Source: Alloascoidea hylecoeti
Taxonomy: Eukaryota
Direction: 5' to 3'
NCBI GenBank assembly: GCA_001600815.1
Contig: BCKZ01000016.1
Location: 485,077-549,076 of the forward strand
DNA length: 64,000 bases
Below the pieces are notes generated by a model. That model was not told where the DNA came from and did no database searches. It worked only from the letters and a program-made list of their open reading frames with translations. Both the position numbers and the translations under genes were made by a program. This document shows, one piece after another, positions 11,247 through 24,411 of this stretch. How positions within the stretch are numbered: position 1 is the first letter of the stretch; the number at the start of each line of letters is the position of its first letter.

Positions 11247-13076
11247 ATGAAACCCTCTTCCAAACACATACAGTCGGTCTATAGGACGGTCATACAGACT
11301 TCCAGAAACTCACAAATTCTACAATCCCGCCTAACGAAACTGCGCGTCACAAAACCATACAGACCAGCTTTTGGTCCCCTTCGTCCAATAATAGCAGCGT
11401 ATGCTTATTCAACAGCATGTTCCGAGAACGGAAGTGACCTCCGGAAAAAAGGAAATAATTATAGTAGTGACGGGTCATATGGTTATAACAAGGCATTCAT
11501 CGCCGGGCTCATGATAGGTTCGGGTTACTTGGCCTGGAGTATTATAGACAATTATCCAATTCTTTTAGAAGGTCATCCCTCTAGAAGTAACGCCGATGGA
11601 AATTCTCCTGCTGTTGGCGGCTCTTTTGCAACCTCTTCTTATAACGGGATTTCTAAACAATACAATAAACAAGGCTTGTTCATCTTTACAGAAAAGGAGG
11701 TCACGAGACGTCTACGGGAATTTGAGGAGAGTTTCATAGTAAAGAGAGGAAAAGGTGTTGCAAGATATGATATTTGTCAATTGCCAAGTAATAATCCGAT
11801 TGAAGATGACAGATCTGAAAAAACTATTCAAGTGCCTATTACCGCTTCTGATAAAGAAGTAAACTCCGATTGGATGTTCTGGGGGATTTACGATGGGCAT
11901 AGTGGCTGGACAACGAGTGCTAAACTACGAGATTCTCTAATTGATTATGTTGTTAACGAATTAAGTACAGTTTATAAGTCCAAGCCAATTAACAGCGGAT
12001 CTCAAGGGAAAATATTTACCACCCCATCTCCCGCAACGATCGACAGAGCCATAAAGCTAGGTTTCACTAAGCTTGATGATGAAATTGTTAACAAGAGCGT
12101 TGAAAAGCTGCTAGCTAACCCAACAAAAGCAGGTGCTGCAGAACTAATTATGCCCGCACTATCTGGCTCATGTGGCTTACTGTCGTTTTATGACTCGTAT
12201 ACAAAACAACTGCGTGTTGCCGTGACCGGAGACTCCCGGGCAGTTTTAGGATCTTTGAATGCTAAAGGTCAATGGACAGCAAAAGCTTTAAGTGTAGATC
12301 AAACTGGTAGCAATAAAGATGAAGAGCAAAGATTAAGGTCTGAACACCCTGGCGAGCCTCGTGTTATTAATCGTGGCAGAGTTTTAGGCAATTTAGAGCC
12401 AACTAGAGCATTTGGTGATGCACGATATAAATGGACAGCCGATATTCAAGAAAAACTCACAAAAAATTTCTTTGGTAGATCATCCCCGGCGGAGTTGAAA
12501 ACACCTCCATACGTTACCGCAGAACCTGTTGTATCTACAACAAACATTAAACCAGAGAATGGTGATTTTATGGTTATTGGTAGTGATGGCTTATATGAGT
12601 TATTATCAAACGATGAAATTGTAGGATTGGTTGTTCAATGGATGGATAAAAACAACTATCAATTTACTAAAAATGAACGAAAAATTAATACCTCTTCTGG
12701 ATTAAATATATGGAACTCATTAATGGGTTCAAAAAATATTGAAACTAGCAACTCTTCCCCATTTCCAAGAGTTGTAGATATTTCTTCAAATTCGAATGGT
12801 AAGCCACCTTTTAGAAGACGCGCTAAACAGTATTTTACCGTTGAAGATGAAAATGCTGCTACACATATTATAAGAAATGCGTTGGGTGGTGGAGATAAAG
12901 AACAAGTTGCAATGCTAGTAAGTATACCATCACCGTTATCAAGACGGTATAGAGATGATCTTACCGTAACGGTAGTGTTTTTTGGAGATAAAGATAGTTC
13001 GAATGATAGTGGAAAAATCGAAATTAATAATGTTGCTACTAAGAACGGCATAAAAAATGTGGAAGCTAAGTTATAG
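11247..13076 (+). CDS. PTC5: Mitochondrial PP2C phosphatase (pyruvate dehydrogenase phosphatase-like)
   Basis: Basic N-terminal presequence and a hydrophobic segment. Motifs LPSNNPIEDD, YDGHSGW, TGDSRAVLG, EPTRAFGD, GSDGL and RDDLTVTVVFF. C-terminus is -AKL. Confidence 0.93.
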   Translation: MKPSSKHIQSVYRTVIQTSRNSQILQSRLTKLRVTKPYRPAFGPLRPIIAAYAYSTACSENGSDLRKKGNNYSSDGSYGYNKAFIAGLMIGSGYLAWSIIDNYPILLEGHPSRSNADGNSPAVGGSFATSSYNGISKQYNKQGLFIFTEKEVTRRLREFEESFIVKRGKGVARYDICQLPSNNPIEDDRSEKTIQVPITASDKEVNSDWMFWGIYDGHSGWTTSAKLRDSLIDYVVNELSTVYKSKPINSGSQGKIFTTPSPATIDRAIKLGFTKLDDEIVNKSVEKLLANPTKAGAAELIMPALSGSCGLLSFYDSYTKQLRVAVTGDSRAVLGSLNAKGQWTAKALSVDQTGSNKDEEQRLRSEHPGEPRVINRGRVLGNLEPTRAFGDARYKWTADIQEKLTKNFFGRSSPAELKTPPYVTAEPVVSTTNIKPENGDFMVIGSDGLYELLSNDEIVGLVVQWMDKNNYQFTKNERKINTSSGLNIWNSLMGSKNIETSNSSPFPRVVDISSNSNGKPPFRRRAKQYFTVEDENAATHIIRNALGGGDKEQVAMLVSIPSPLSRRYRDDLTVTVVFFGDKDSSNDSGKIEINNVATKNGIKNVEAKL

Positions 13077-15891
13077 TTGCAATATAATATTAATTTCTAC
13101 TATTATTTAATTTAGTTAGTTATAACTATTTGTAAATATTTGTCGCAATAAATAGCTATAGTTTTGTATATAAGATGTTAATTTATAAGTATTTTTTACC
13201 ATATAATTGAGAAATCCTGGGGAGGGATTGTACTAGGGGCACTGATGTCTCTAACATGGTAACATAAACTGATTCTGTTTGTCACTTGTAAATTGTAACT
13301 ATACCTTCGTGTATTATTGTACCGTACATCAAAGTTAACTAAATATATATAGTTATGGGACAAGATCAATTCATTCTTTTCTACAATTTAATTAGAAATA
13401 TTTATTATTTCACATTATAGATTTAGTACCTTCATTATATTAACACGTTCAAATCTAGTTTTCATTCCCACCATTAATGATCTCAATCGATCGATGAAGT
13501 TACTTACATTGTGTCCTGTGTTTACTAAGTAACATATTACACATATTTTCTCTGGGTATTTTCAACCAGATCGTCTCTTGAGAACAAAATTCTATTGTTC
13601 CTTGGGAAACTATTCTCACAGTTTTATCAATTTCACTATTCAGCTAATAAAAAATGAATCATACTTCGGACTTTAATGTTAAAATACAAGAACTGTATCT
13701 ATCAAAAGATATGAATATAGTGACTACATAACCTCACTAAATATAATAAATTTGGATAGTCTACGCTTTCTTTAATATAATCTTCAGTTTCCGTTATACA
13801 TGCATTTCTCTACTTGATTGTTCTGAGTTTGTTTCACAAGCCTCCTTAATGATATAAATTGTGGGGATTTTCATTAGATATTGTAGTATTCATTATTTGC
13901 TGCCGATCTAATTAAGTATATCCGAAAATCTTATATATGCAGTCTTTACTATTGTAAATTGTAATAAATCATGTCAACGTTATAGTAAATTAAACAAATA
14001 GAGCAGTTAGATATAACGTTCTTGTCATTAAATATCATACTAAATATTTTCGTAGATTAGGTTTTCACAAAACACTTTGATGTTATTAATTAATACTAGA
14101 GTTTATAACTATTATATGCATTTAACCTACTTTAAATTTATCATGACTTGTAGTTAACGTTAACAATGTGTTTCATTTGAAAATGTTCTTTCTTTTTTGT
14201 GTTTCAGTTGTAAGAGCTAGCAATTATAATCCATCTCTATAATATATATTTATTCACTACTTCTATGTCTATTAATTTCATCTTGTATTATAGTCCTTCA
14301 TATATTCAGAGATTATGGAGAGCTTTTCCACATTGTAAAATTATTAGTTCCTTATGAACTATGTTTACTTAGGTTCTTTCCAAAATGTATTATTTCACTT
14401 CATCTTTGATTCTCGAAATATATTTATTGCTTGTTTAAGCTCATACCATTATTCTAGCTATTACTAGTTTGAGCTCGTACATAATAAAGTTCATATCTAA
14501 CATAATTAAAGGAGATTTTTCGATATTAGCTTCAACTCCAGAGATCACTACATTTTTTACATATATGTATTATCTAATAGATATTAAATTACCACGAGAT
14601 TTTATTGGGTGAATCATTTGGTTATTATATAGAAGTGTGATTAGTGAATCAACAAAGAAACAAATTGAAGCGCTCGGATAAGAACTCGACGATAATTTCA
14701 GATGCAGGTTTAATGATCTAATGTTTAAGTATAACAATATCAAGAGCAAGTTAAACATATTAATTAAGATGAACCATTTCGGGAAATCAGAGTCCCGAAC
14801 GAGTCCCAAACTTTTCTTCTTTTACGAAAGTATCCTCCTATAATTATAACTAATTATAACCATATTTTTTTCCTGATAACTTTTATATATGATCATGAGC
14901 TAAATAAAAGTTTACTCTTCATATATCGGAAGCTAGTCTAAACATTGAATGTTAATTTCAATTAATATTCAGTTTTAGTAGTGTGATGATAATCCGTCTA
15001 CCTTTACGTCGACCTGTTAAAAGTACGTGAAACGGTAACCCGTGAGTATATAAGTGAGGAACTTTCATCGGGAGTTAAAGACGAATCAAATCCGTGTGAT
15101 CAATATGGATGAAAAATGTTTCTGTGACCTTGACAACCCAAATGGTCGTAATAAAGTTAACTTTATGTCGTATAAATTATGTTACGCCGTGCTTCATCAT
15201 GTTCACACTCCGGACTTCGAAAGTCGCATACACACTACTTTATAATTATAACTTTTATATATAGCTATACTATTATTAATAATAGGTGTAAAACAGGTTA
15301 TATTTTATAATAAGTTTTCTGCACCCGGTAAAAAAATATTTTGTAAGGAATCATCAAATAATTATATACGTTTTAAATATCAGCTTATTTTTCATCTGAA
15401 TGTATACGTAAAGGTTAAAACTTTATAGGAAAATATCGATACAGCTAGTGAATAGAAATGCGGGATTACTAATAGTACAAAGAACAAATTTGTCGAAATA
15501 GGTAAATTTAGCCTTAATGGATCGGCTTTTAAAGGGGGCACCGGGGATGGTGGTGATCATTATTGATCACATTGTTGAAAAAAAAAAAATCCGGGGTTGT
15601 GAATTAAAAAATATATGCAAAATATTTAAATTTCACATAACTTTTAAGTAAATATCGTTTGATCATTATAGAAAATAAGCAAATTATAAAATTTTCTCGA
15701 AAATTACCCAATGCATCTATATTTATTTGAGTGTGTATATAATTATAAGCTGATGATTATACTATAAGCTTATATATAGAATGCAGATAGAGATACAAAT
15801 TATATTCTTAAAATTAAAGAAGATCGATTGGAACTTTTCCACAATTAAAGGTTAAAATAGTCGGTTATTAATATATTATACTTGTTTTCAA

Positions 15892-15894
<3 letters not shown>

Positions 15895-15923
<29 letters not shown>
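15895..15923. repeat. (AT)n microsatellite
   Basis: About 14 uninterrupted AT units. Confidence 0.9.
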
Positions 15924-15926
<3 letters not shown>

Positions 15927-17924
15927 TATACAAAGTATAAAAAACCGTTTGTGATGTTTGTCCGTTTTTTCCCGCGAGAGATTTTTGATAGGGACGGCGC
16001 TTTATCATCGATTTCATTTCTACAACATATAATTAAGATTACAATATCTGTCTCCGATTTTACCGTTAATTATACAATTTATAAAGAAGCTTATACTATT
16101 GGATAGAATTTTGCGGGGGGTCTAGCCTATATACAACGGAAGCCGCTCTTGTTAAGAAAGATATCGATGCTCCTCACGATCGACAACTAGTGCTAGTTAT
16201 ATTGATGGTGTTTGTGAGTCATGGTAAAGTAATATTGCAGCTATAGTTATATTATAATTAAGGTACCGATGAGTATAGCTATAAGCTGATATAATAAAAC
16301 AAATTAACTATAGTATATACTAAGTTATTTTCAGTCATATAAAAGTTATACATTTATAAGGACATAGCTATATATGTAGGAGTATCGCGCGGGATAATCG
16401 CTGCCAAATCTTATAAAGCAATCCTGAATTTCATAACAATTAACATTTAAAGGACTCAGAAATCTAGATCACAGATATTATATACCAATTACAAAGTAAT
16501 GGCCTAAAATATAAGTGAAAAATCCTTGTTGATGTTTATTATATGATCGTATACGGGCTTAATACTTAAAATTATATTAACATATAATACTCTATATTCA
16601 ATGTACTATCCATTTTCAAATTATAATCAAAGTTATCCAGAAGTATTGATCATATGTTTCTTTTAGCTATTCTTCGTATTTATGCCAACTGTCAACCTGT
16701 TACACGGTAAGTGAAGCATGCACTTAAAGTCTATTATAGCTTTACCATAAAAATAGAATATTGAAGAACTTCTACGTAATATCTAAATTTATATAATAAC
16801 CCCTATATATTATATTAATATTGATATTAAATATTTCATGATTAATTGCAAAAGAACAAGTTTGAATCATCTAGAACTGAAATATATATTCATTTGTAAT
16901 AGATCCAGCAGCTGGATCATGATATATGGTCATGGCCCATGTAATTATAAAATGAAACATAATTATTAGTCTAAAGATCTAGAACTATAGGCCTACATCG
17001 CGGTTTAAAAAATGATATAGGGGCTATAGTTGAATTCAATGAGCATGCTATCCTGAATGCTTCTAGTTGTATGAAATAGAAAAATATTGGAATCTATAAC
17101 GAAGAAATTTCTTTCCATGTTAACAGAAGGCAGTGATGAAACTTGGTGACAAAGATAAAAAAAGTTTAAGCTACATGCTTTTTGAAACATGTAAATTTCT
17201 TTTGTAGTAAAATTTGTACGGTACTTTAGTTACAAGCCCACGCGATCCAAGTCCAAGATAGGTAGGGATTCCAAATCAGATGAAATTATACTTGAAAGAG
17301 AAATTGGGGGTAGAGAAGGGGTAAATAAGTGTAGCTATAGAGGAAATTGGAGGAAAATTGGATAAGAAAAACAAAACTTGTTGGGACCTGAGTAAGACAT
17401 GTTTCAAATACCTTTTAGGTAAATCTCCCTTTACGTTTAATTCAAATTTGCAAATTTCACAATTGCAACCTATTGAGATAATACAACAACAGCGTTGTTA
17501 TAACATGAATTAGAACTACGATCGCAATTTTAAGTTTATAATTAAGGCTTATTGTTAAGATTTGAATCGAAATACTTTTATTGTTGACGCCTCCATGAAA
17601 GCCTAAATCATAGCTGCTAGTAAAAACGGGTCGGTGGGAATAGTAAGATTATAGTCGTCATTTTTAATGTTGCAATTGCAACTGAGATCGACTTCATGGG
17701 ATTTAATAATATTGTTTTCATTTGCCTAAACTCGACATGGGATCTCGAAAACTCCGTCCAGAAATTAGCTGTTTTCCACATGAGCATCTTCAATTGCAAT
17801 ATTAATATAGTTAGATCTGTATATACGACAAGTGACGATCGATATCAACACAAGGAATAAAGGCATTTGTACGATTACCGGTGCAAATACAGTTGTGGAT
17901 ACGTTGAGGGCGACCCACCCTCAT

Positions 17925-18160
17925 ATTTCTTATCTGGTGGGGCTCCGATGGGGCTCCCACCCTTGCGTGCCACGTGCCGCCCACGTGAGGAAGGAGCACA
18001 ACAGGCGTCGGTATTAAAATAATTAAATACTGAAAAAATAATAAAAACAGCGGAGCTCCTTTCCGATATGCACGAGGACGCAGAACCATGCGTACGGAAG
18101 CAGGCGCGCTCGTAAGCGCAGCTTAAAATATATGCAAGGCCCAAAGCGGCAAGGGACGTC
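17925..18160 (+). promoter_or_regulatory. GC-rich upstream regulatory block with tandem E-boxes
   Basis: CACGTG at 17971-17976 and 17982-17987 in a GC-rich patch about 300 bp upstream of the ATG at 18277. A TATA-like CATATAAATA lies near 18216. Confidence 0.5.
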
Positions 18161-18276
18161 GTTTACTATTATTATTATTATTTATTATTTTTATCCTCAT
18201 AATACGTGGTGCATACATATAAATATAAACACTCCTCCTCCTCCTCTTCCCATTTTCCACTCTTCATCTTCTTCTA

Positions 18277-19368
18277 ATGGTTTCCCAACACAAGACAACC
18301 ACCTCCGCCGTTGTGAGACCCGCAATGGGATCCGTATGGCTCGATGACGACGACGAGTCTTCCAGATCCTCCCATCGTCAGTCCTTGAAACATTCAATGT
18401 CTCTGTCTCATGTGAAAAATCAGGAAAAACTTCTCAAGCAAAAATCTTCTTTCAACTTCATGCTAAAGAAAAAGAAGTCGGGCAACATCCACATCAAGAC
18501 TGTTGCTCCAAAGTTCCCTATCTCCACCCCTTTCAACTTCAACCATGTTGCTCATCTTGATGAACAGAGCTCTTTTGGAATTAATGAAGCTTTCAACCTC
18601 TCAACCCTTCCGCTACCTGAGATCTCCCCAGTATCCAGATCGGAATCAATTTCCTCATCTTCTGAAACCTCTTTCAGAATGTCAACCACAACAATCTCAT
18701 CCACTTCGACCTCTTGTGACACAACACATTCAAGAAACTATAGTAACAACCAAAGATATACCTCCTCTATTACTTCTTCTACCCATTCTCATTCACAATC
18801 AAGATCCTTATCGAACTCCAAGTCATTATCACATTTGACAGGTTCTCCCAGAAGTGCATCATTCAACGCTAGTAATGCACCGCCACTCCCAAAACACTCT
18901 AGAGATTCATTCTCGGCCTATACAACACAACCTCTAGCCTCCAGAAATAGCTCAGGTACTTCTCTTGGCGATTTAGAGAAACAACATCTAAAATCAATGA
19001 AAAGTAAACCATCATTTTTATCAAGAAATGGTTCAATCTCGGAAACACATGCATATCAATTTCCTCATCATCATAGCAGACACCCATCTTTCGAACAATC
19101 ATCCTCAGATAACTATCAAGTTTTAGTTTCTTCAGAAATGATTGAAAATGAAAGAGTTAGCTGGAATAGCTGGCCTTCATCCGAAGATCAAGATGAACTT
19201 GTTGATGCTTTAGAAACAGCTCATTTAGCCGATGAAGATGATACAATTGTCTACCACTCAAAGAAATCAAGCTCATCTAGCCATCGTCATCATCATCATC
19301 ATTCCTCAAGTTCTTCTCACAAATCAGCAAGACAGACTACTTTATTACCATCTTACCAATCTAAATAA
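18277..19368 (+). CDS. CRIB/PBD-domain Cdc42 effector-like protein (Gic1/Gic2-like), Ser-rich
   Basis: CRIB motif ISTPFNFNHVAH preceded by a polybasic stretch (KKKKSG). The remainder is low-complexity Ser/His with no kinase domain. Confidence 0.75.
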   Translation: MVSQHKTTTSAVVRPAMGSVWLDDDDESSRSSHRQSLKHSMSLSHVKNQEKLLKQKSSFNFMLKKKKSGNIHIKTVAPKFPISTPFNFNHVAHLDEQSSFGINEAFNLSTLPLPEISPVSRSESISSSSETSFRMSTTTISSTSTSCDTTHSRNYSNNQRYTSSITSSTHSHSQSRSLSNSKSLSHLTGSPRSASFNASNAPPLPKHSRDSFSAYTTQPLASRNSSGTSLGDLEKQHLKSMKSKPSFLSRNGSISETHAYQFPHHHSRHPSFEQSSSDNYQVLVSSEMIENERVSWNSWPSSEDQDELVDALETAHLADEDDTIVYHSKKSSSSSHRHHHHHSSSSSHKSARQTTLLPSYQSK

Positions 19369-22300
19369 TGTAATTTTTCATTGGTATTTATTACGCTTTC
19401 AATTAAACTTGGACGTTTTTTATCTAATTATTTTTATTTGTTTGCTCTTGGTTTGAGTTGAGTTGAAGTTCCCAACTGGATTGGTTATTCTTAGCTTTTA
19501 TGTTTGATAGACTTGATTAATGGTTTTGCTTATTGGCATCTTTCTTTTTCTTTTTTCTTTTTTCTTTTGATATATCGATTTTGATGATTTTTTTACTAGC
19601 TTGGTAATACATTACTTACTTCCTTTAACCCTTACTAAAAATTATTATTTTATGTTCATTCATTTCTACTTTAGTTTGGTTATAGGAAAGCTTTATGTAT
19701 ATAGGAACGAGCTAGTATGGTACTTTCTTCATCATCATTATCATTAACGTCATATTTCCTTTGTCTCCCCTCTCTTTTTTTCATCAGGTGTTTGAATACT
19801 GCTTTTTCTTGATGCTTGATAAATTGATATCATTCTACACTCTTTTTACAATTGGTTCTTTCTTAGGTACATATTACTTCAATCATATATATATTTATCA
19901 TTATTTATTTTCTATAATTTATTATTAAATCAATGGTTAATTTGATGTCTAAAATTGGTTGTAATTGAATTTATTTTGTATTTAATTTATTCTTTACGTT
20001 TACGCCTTTACAAGGAACAGGAACAAATAGCAGCTCTAGATTTACACCCTACCAATTTTCTTTTTTATTTAATTTTGTTACTTAATGATCTGATGAACCC
20101 CCATACCAGAATATATATTGAAAATATAAAAAAAAATATAAAAAACAACGAGTATAGGTATAGAAAATTCTTATTCTAAACTATTTTAATGATATTAATA
20201 TTAGTTATTATAATTATATAATTTAGCTTATAATATACTTAGCTATCCATAAAATAGTGTAGTTTTTCTACTTCGTACCTTTATTAAAAGATTTATTTTC
20301 AAACGCATTAAATAGCTGATGACATTACAATTCAATTGATATAACTAATATAGTTAGCGTGTTTCAATTAATTACAGTTTAAATTAAATGAATTTTTCAA
20401 ATTATAGCATCGATATATATCGTGTTATTTGATTCAAATACCCGCTACGATTGTAATTACCTCGAGCTCTGCAGATTGCTATATTTAGATATTATCTAGC
20501 TATAGGAGTAGTAGGTTGAAAGGAGTAAAAAAACCCAGCTATATATCTATGTAGGAGGGGTGCATTTAAATTTTATGAAACTAACTCCAGAAGTAATAGC
20601 GATCATGAGGGTGAGTATAGTTTATAGCTATCTCATGCTTTTAAACTTGTTTGTTAGATTTTGTGTGTTATTTTGTAATGTTGTTATTTATCTTTTTTCT
20701 TATCCGTTTTTGTTTACGTTTTAAGGATTAAGTTTGTGAGTGACCGTGTAATATCAATTGTTGTTATGTTTACTCGAGAAAAAAGCCAAATAAAAACTTA
20801 ATTCTCCATTTAAGGTTTTTCGGTTGGGTTGTAGGCTTTTTCATGATGCCTGTGTTCAGTGTGTTGAACAATCTAGCGGGATCAAATATTGTTATATACT
20901 GATTAGGAAACTGTTCAAGATAATTTCCTGAGGATTATTAAAATCGTTCTGATACACTTCTCCTTCTAATATATCTAACGTATTAATATTCCTAATATTC
21001 CTAAAAAGGTACTAATATGTTGAACCCCCTGCAATATTTAATAGGTACGCCCTAATTAGCGATATTGTTCCTCGCGTTATGCTGCGCGGTCCAGACAACT
21101 CCACTCCTTCTTCATAATAGTGAAATAAATAAATATCATCGAAGACCCCTTCGGTGTGAGGCTCGCCGTTGTCTGAGACACTTCGAAGAATAATATATCA
21201 TGTCCTATCATGACTACTTTTAATCCAAAACTATCTATTTGCAGTAAAATGGATCTACAGTGAAATAATATCTGCAGGGAAGAACCGAGGCACGTGACTC
21301 TCATCGGCAAAGGAATCTTCATCGTACAGTATCTGGACAAATTTGTAATGTTAGGCCACCGTTATATTGTCTGTAAAAATGCCATTTTATTACAATTACT
21401 ATAGCTGGTTTCAAGGATGTGTGTTACCCATTAACTTTATCCAGACTTTTAATTGTCGGAACATGTTTAATTTATAAAGTTATCGGAAGTATCAATTAAA
21501 GTCACTACCCGTAACACTGGTTTTAATTAAGAAGCCGATCCACTAATACTAACTATAATACTATTACGATATGGATTAACTTACATAGGTCTGTGAAATT
21601 CGTAACTAATTTAATGCCAATAATACGTATTAATTGCGTGAAAATGTACGGTATAAACTTTCGCCGTTAGTCCATATTATCATGATCATATAATTAAGTC
21701 TGAACACATCTAGATCTATAAATTAATTGCATCCACATCTACAAACAGTAATATCAAAATTATCAATACCAGTACTAGTGTATGAAACAAGTTCATGATA
21801 TTTAATCCTTTGCTTCACATATACAAGTACGCTTTGGTGCACAGAAGAACATCAAGATTATTTGTATCCACAGTTACAGTACAGTACGTATGAGGATCAG
21901 AAACTACCCAAAAAATGCGTTTTCATACACATTTATAGTACCCCAAAATATATGCGTTACACTGTAATTGCGGAATAACCCCATCATCAAAATAGTTAAT
22001 CAACTTTTAATTAAATCCGAAAGTTCTTGAAATATCACTGGGAAATTATCTGATAAAATAACGTTAACCGTGAAAGTTAAAAATCCCCATATGCATATAA
22101 TATATTCGCGATACACGTGAAACTTATCAAACTTCATTAGGATAATAGTTGCAATTGTTGATTATCCCAGGTTTAATGTTCATGTTATTTGTTGATTTAC
22201 ATGTTAAGAAATATTGCTGTATTAAGTTAAATTTGATTGCATCAAGGGTTGTAGCTATTATCTTCCAATAAAACCACCATCAAAATAAATTTGGTTTGTA

Positions 22301-22399
22301 TACTCCATTCTGATATATACTCACATGTGTATTATTCAGAATACTTTCAGATATTTGTCTCACTGCAAGTTTAAATCTCAACTTCAAATACAAAGAATA

Positions 22400-22966
22400 A
22401 TGACCGACCGTTTGACACAGCTACAAATATGTGTGGACCAGGTATGAATAATTCAGCATATATATATTATTTGATTAGATGTTTTTAACAACATATTTTC
22501 TGTACTGAATACTTAGCTTATTGATCAATTTTGTGCTGCTCTTAATTATGTCGATAAATATCATGACTTTGTTCCAGAGGAAGGGGAACAGCGCATGCCC
22601 GACTCACAAGGTATGCAAACTCCATTGAATTAGGATCTGTTTTAATAAACCCTCTCTAACATATTTGTTTGATTGTGTATAGCTACTATTGCTGAACCAG
22701 AAGAATTTAAGATAACGATAGATGAGCTGACGCAAGATGTAATTATTAAGTCGCGACAGATTATGACCCTTATATCTTCATTACCCGGTGCTGGTGTGTC
22801 CTCTGAAGAACAACTAATAAGGATTGCTGAATTACAGGAAGATTTAAAGAAGGTGGAACAAGAAAAGGAGGAAGCAATCAAAAAGAAAGATGAATTACTA
22901 CTTTGGTGTAATGAATTGATATTACAAGTCTCGAATGGGGTTGCAGGTTCTAGAATCGACAATTGA
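22400..22966 (+). CDS. SRB7: Mediator subunit Med21/Srb7, 3 exons
   Basis: Exons 22400-22441 (MTDRLTQLQICVDQ), 22517-22610 and 22683-22966. Introns are GTATGA..TAG and GTATGC..TAG. Conserved block IIKSRQIMTLISSLPG...SEEQ. Confidence 0.93.
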
Positions 22967-24411
22967 GGTGTGTGACACTGTGGATCCACTGTGGAATGAT
23001 GAGATATCTCCCAAATCCAACGAATCCTTGTTTTTCAGTAGTTCTATCGGACATAGAATCCAAACTAAAACCCAAATGTTAATTCCGCAACACAAAATCG
23101 GGTTTTGCTTGTTTTAAAAATAAACGTTGAATACTAAAAAATCGCTTATGAGAGCCTATAACGTTAACTATCGAGATTTCTCTACATCGAATGTAATGCG
23201 GTCATTATAGACTATTACATAAAAATCAGGTGTGTAGAATACGAGAATAAGAGTTAAATTTATTTATTATTTCACGATTCTGAATTTGTATGAAATTTCA
23301 CCTATTCAATTGTGATTAAATATGCACATTCTTTTTTAAATTTTTCAAAAATTGTTTATGTTCGATATGTTATAAGTAGGCCTAGATTTAAGATGAAGTT
23401 AACACTTAATATTCCATGTATATAATATAATAAAGGTTTTACTGGTTTTTCTTATGTCCGTTAATCTTTTTTGGTTAATCAACTAAACCCTGCCAAGGAA
23501 TGAAAAAAAAATTCTCTCATATAAGCTTACCAATAAATAATAAGCAAATGAATTAGTGGCTAGTTATAATTATAATTAAACACAACAATTTTCCTTCAAA
23601 TTTGCAATTACCATATAACCGAATAAATAAATTATATGCCATTATTATGGTGGTTTAAAAAAACTCTGGTAATCCTTTTATAAAATACCTTCTTAATTTT
23701 AATTATAAACTTGTTCTAGATTTGTATCAAATGATTATGTATTTGTATAAAATGATTTATACCATGGAATATTCAAGAGCACAATCTTAAAGATTCGTAA
23801 TGTATTAACTTCGATTTCTTTCTAGATTTTTATAAAGCTTTATATTAAATTGAATAATGATATCGATAGCTAGGTGCGGCCATAAATGTAAAAGATATGT
23901 ATGGAAAGAATAAATTGATTAGTATAAACTTCAGCAAATTCATATTTATTGTAAAGAGATAAAAACATAAATTAAGTAAATTTAATTGCAATTGCAAAAA
24001 TAAAGAAAACAAGTTCATAACATCATCAGATTCGTAGAAAACATTCCAGCTATTACGCATTGTAATAATTGAAAGTTTGCGATATATATATAAAAAAATA
24101 CAATAATTCATAGTTATTTTGTGTTGTTGGGGTTGTTGAAAAGGGTATAAATCTTCAACGTTCAATGTTCATGATATATCGATTGCGATATTTTATGAAT
24201 ATATCTTGAGGGCTTTTTATTTTCAGAAGCAGCAAATGAAATTCTAAATCAAATACGATACCGATTATAATAAAATGAAAGCCATGCAAGCTATGCAGTA
24301 TTATCTTGTGGTATTGGCATTGGCATTAATATTAACACATGCAACCTCGAAGGCACTTACTTTGTATAACCTTTCTATTAACTAAGCAATCAGGATTGAA
24401 AAAGGTGTAAA

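Noticed and set aside
15216..15231. 16-mer TTCGAAAGTCGCATAC also present at 34585-34600
   Set aside because: No flanking similarity; one 16-nt match within 64 kb is compatible with chance.
21150..21298. Point-centromere-like CDEI (GTCACGTG, minus strand) followed by CCGAA
   Set aside because: The spacer is not a very AT-rich CDEII, the CDEIII context is absent, and the lineage does not look like Saccharomycetaceae.
22990..23120. ATGATGA C-box downstream of MED21
   Set aside because: No D box at a suitable distance and no recognisable rRNA guide sequence.
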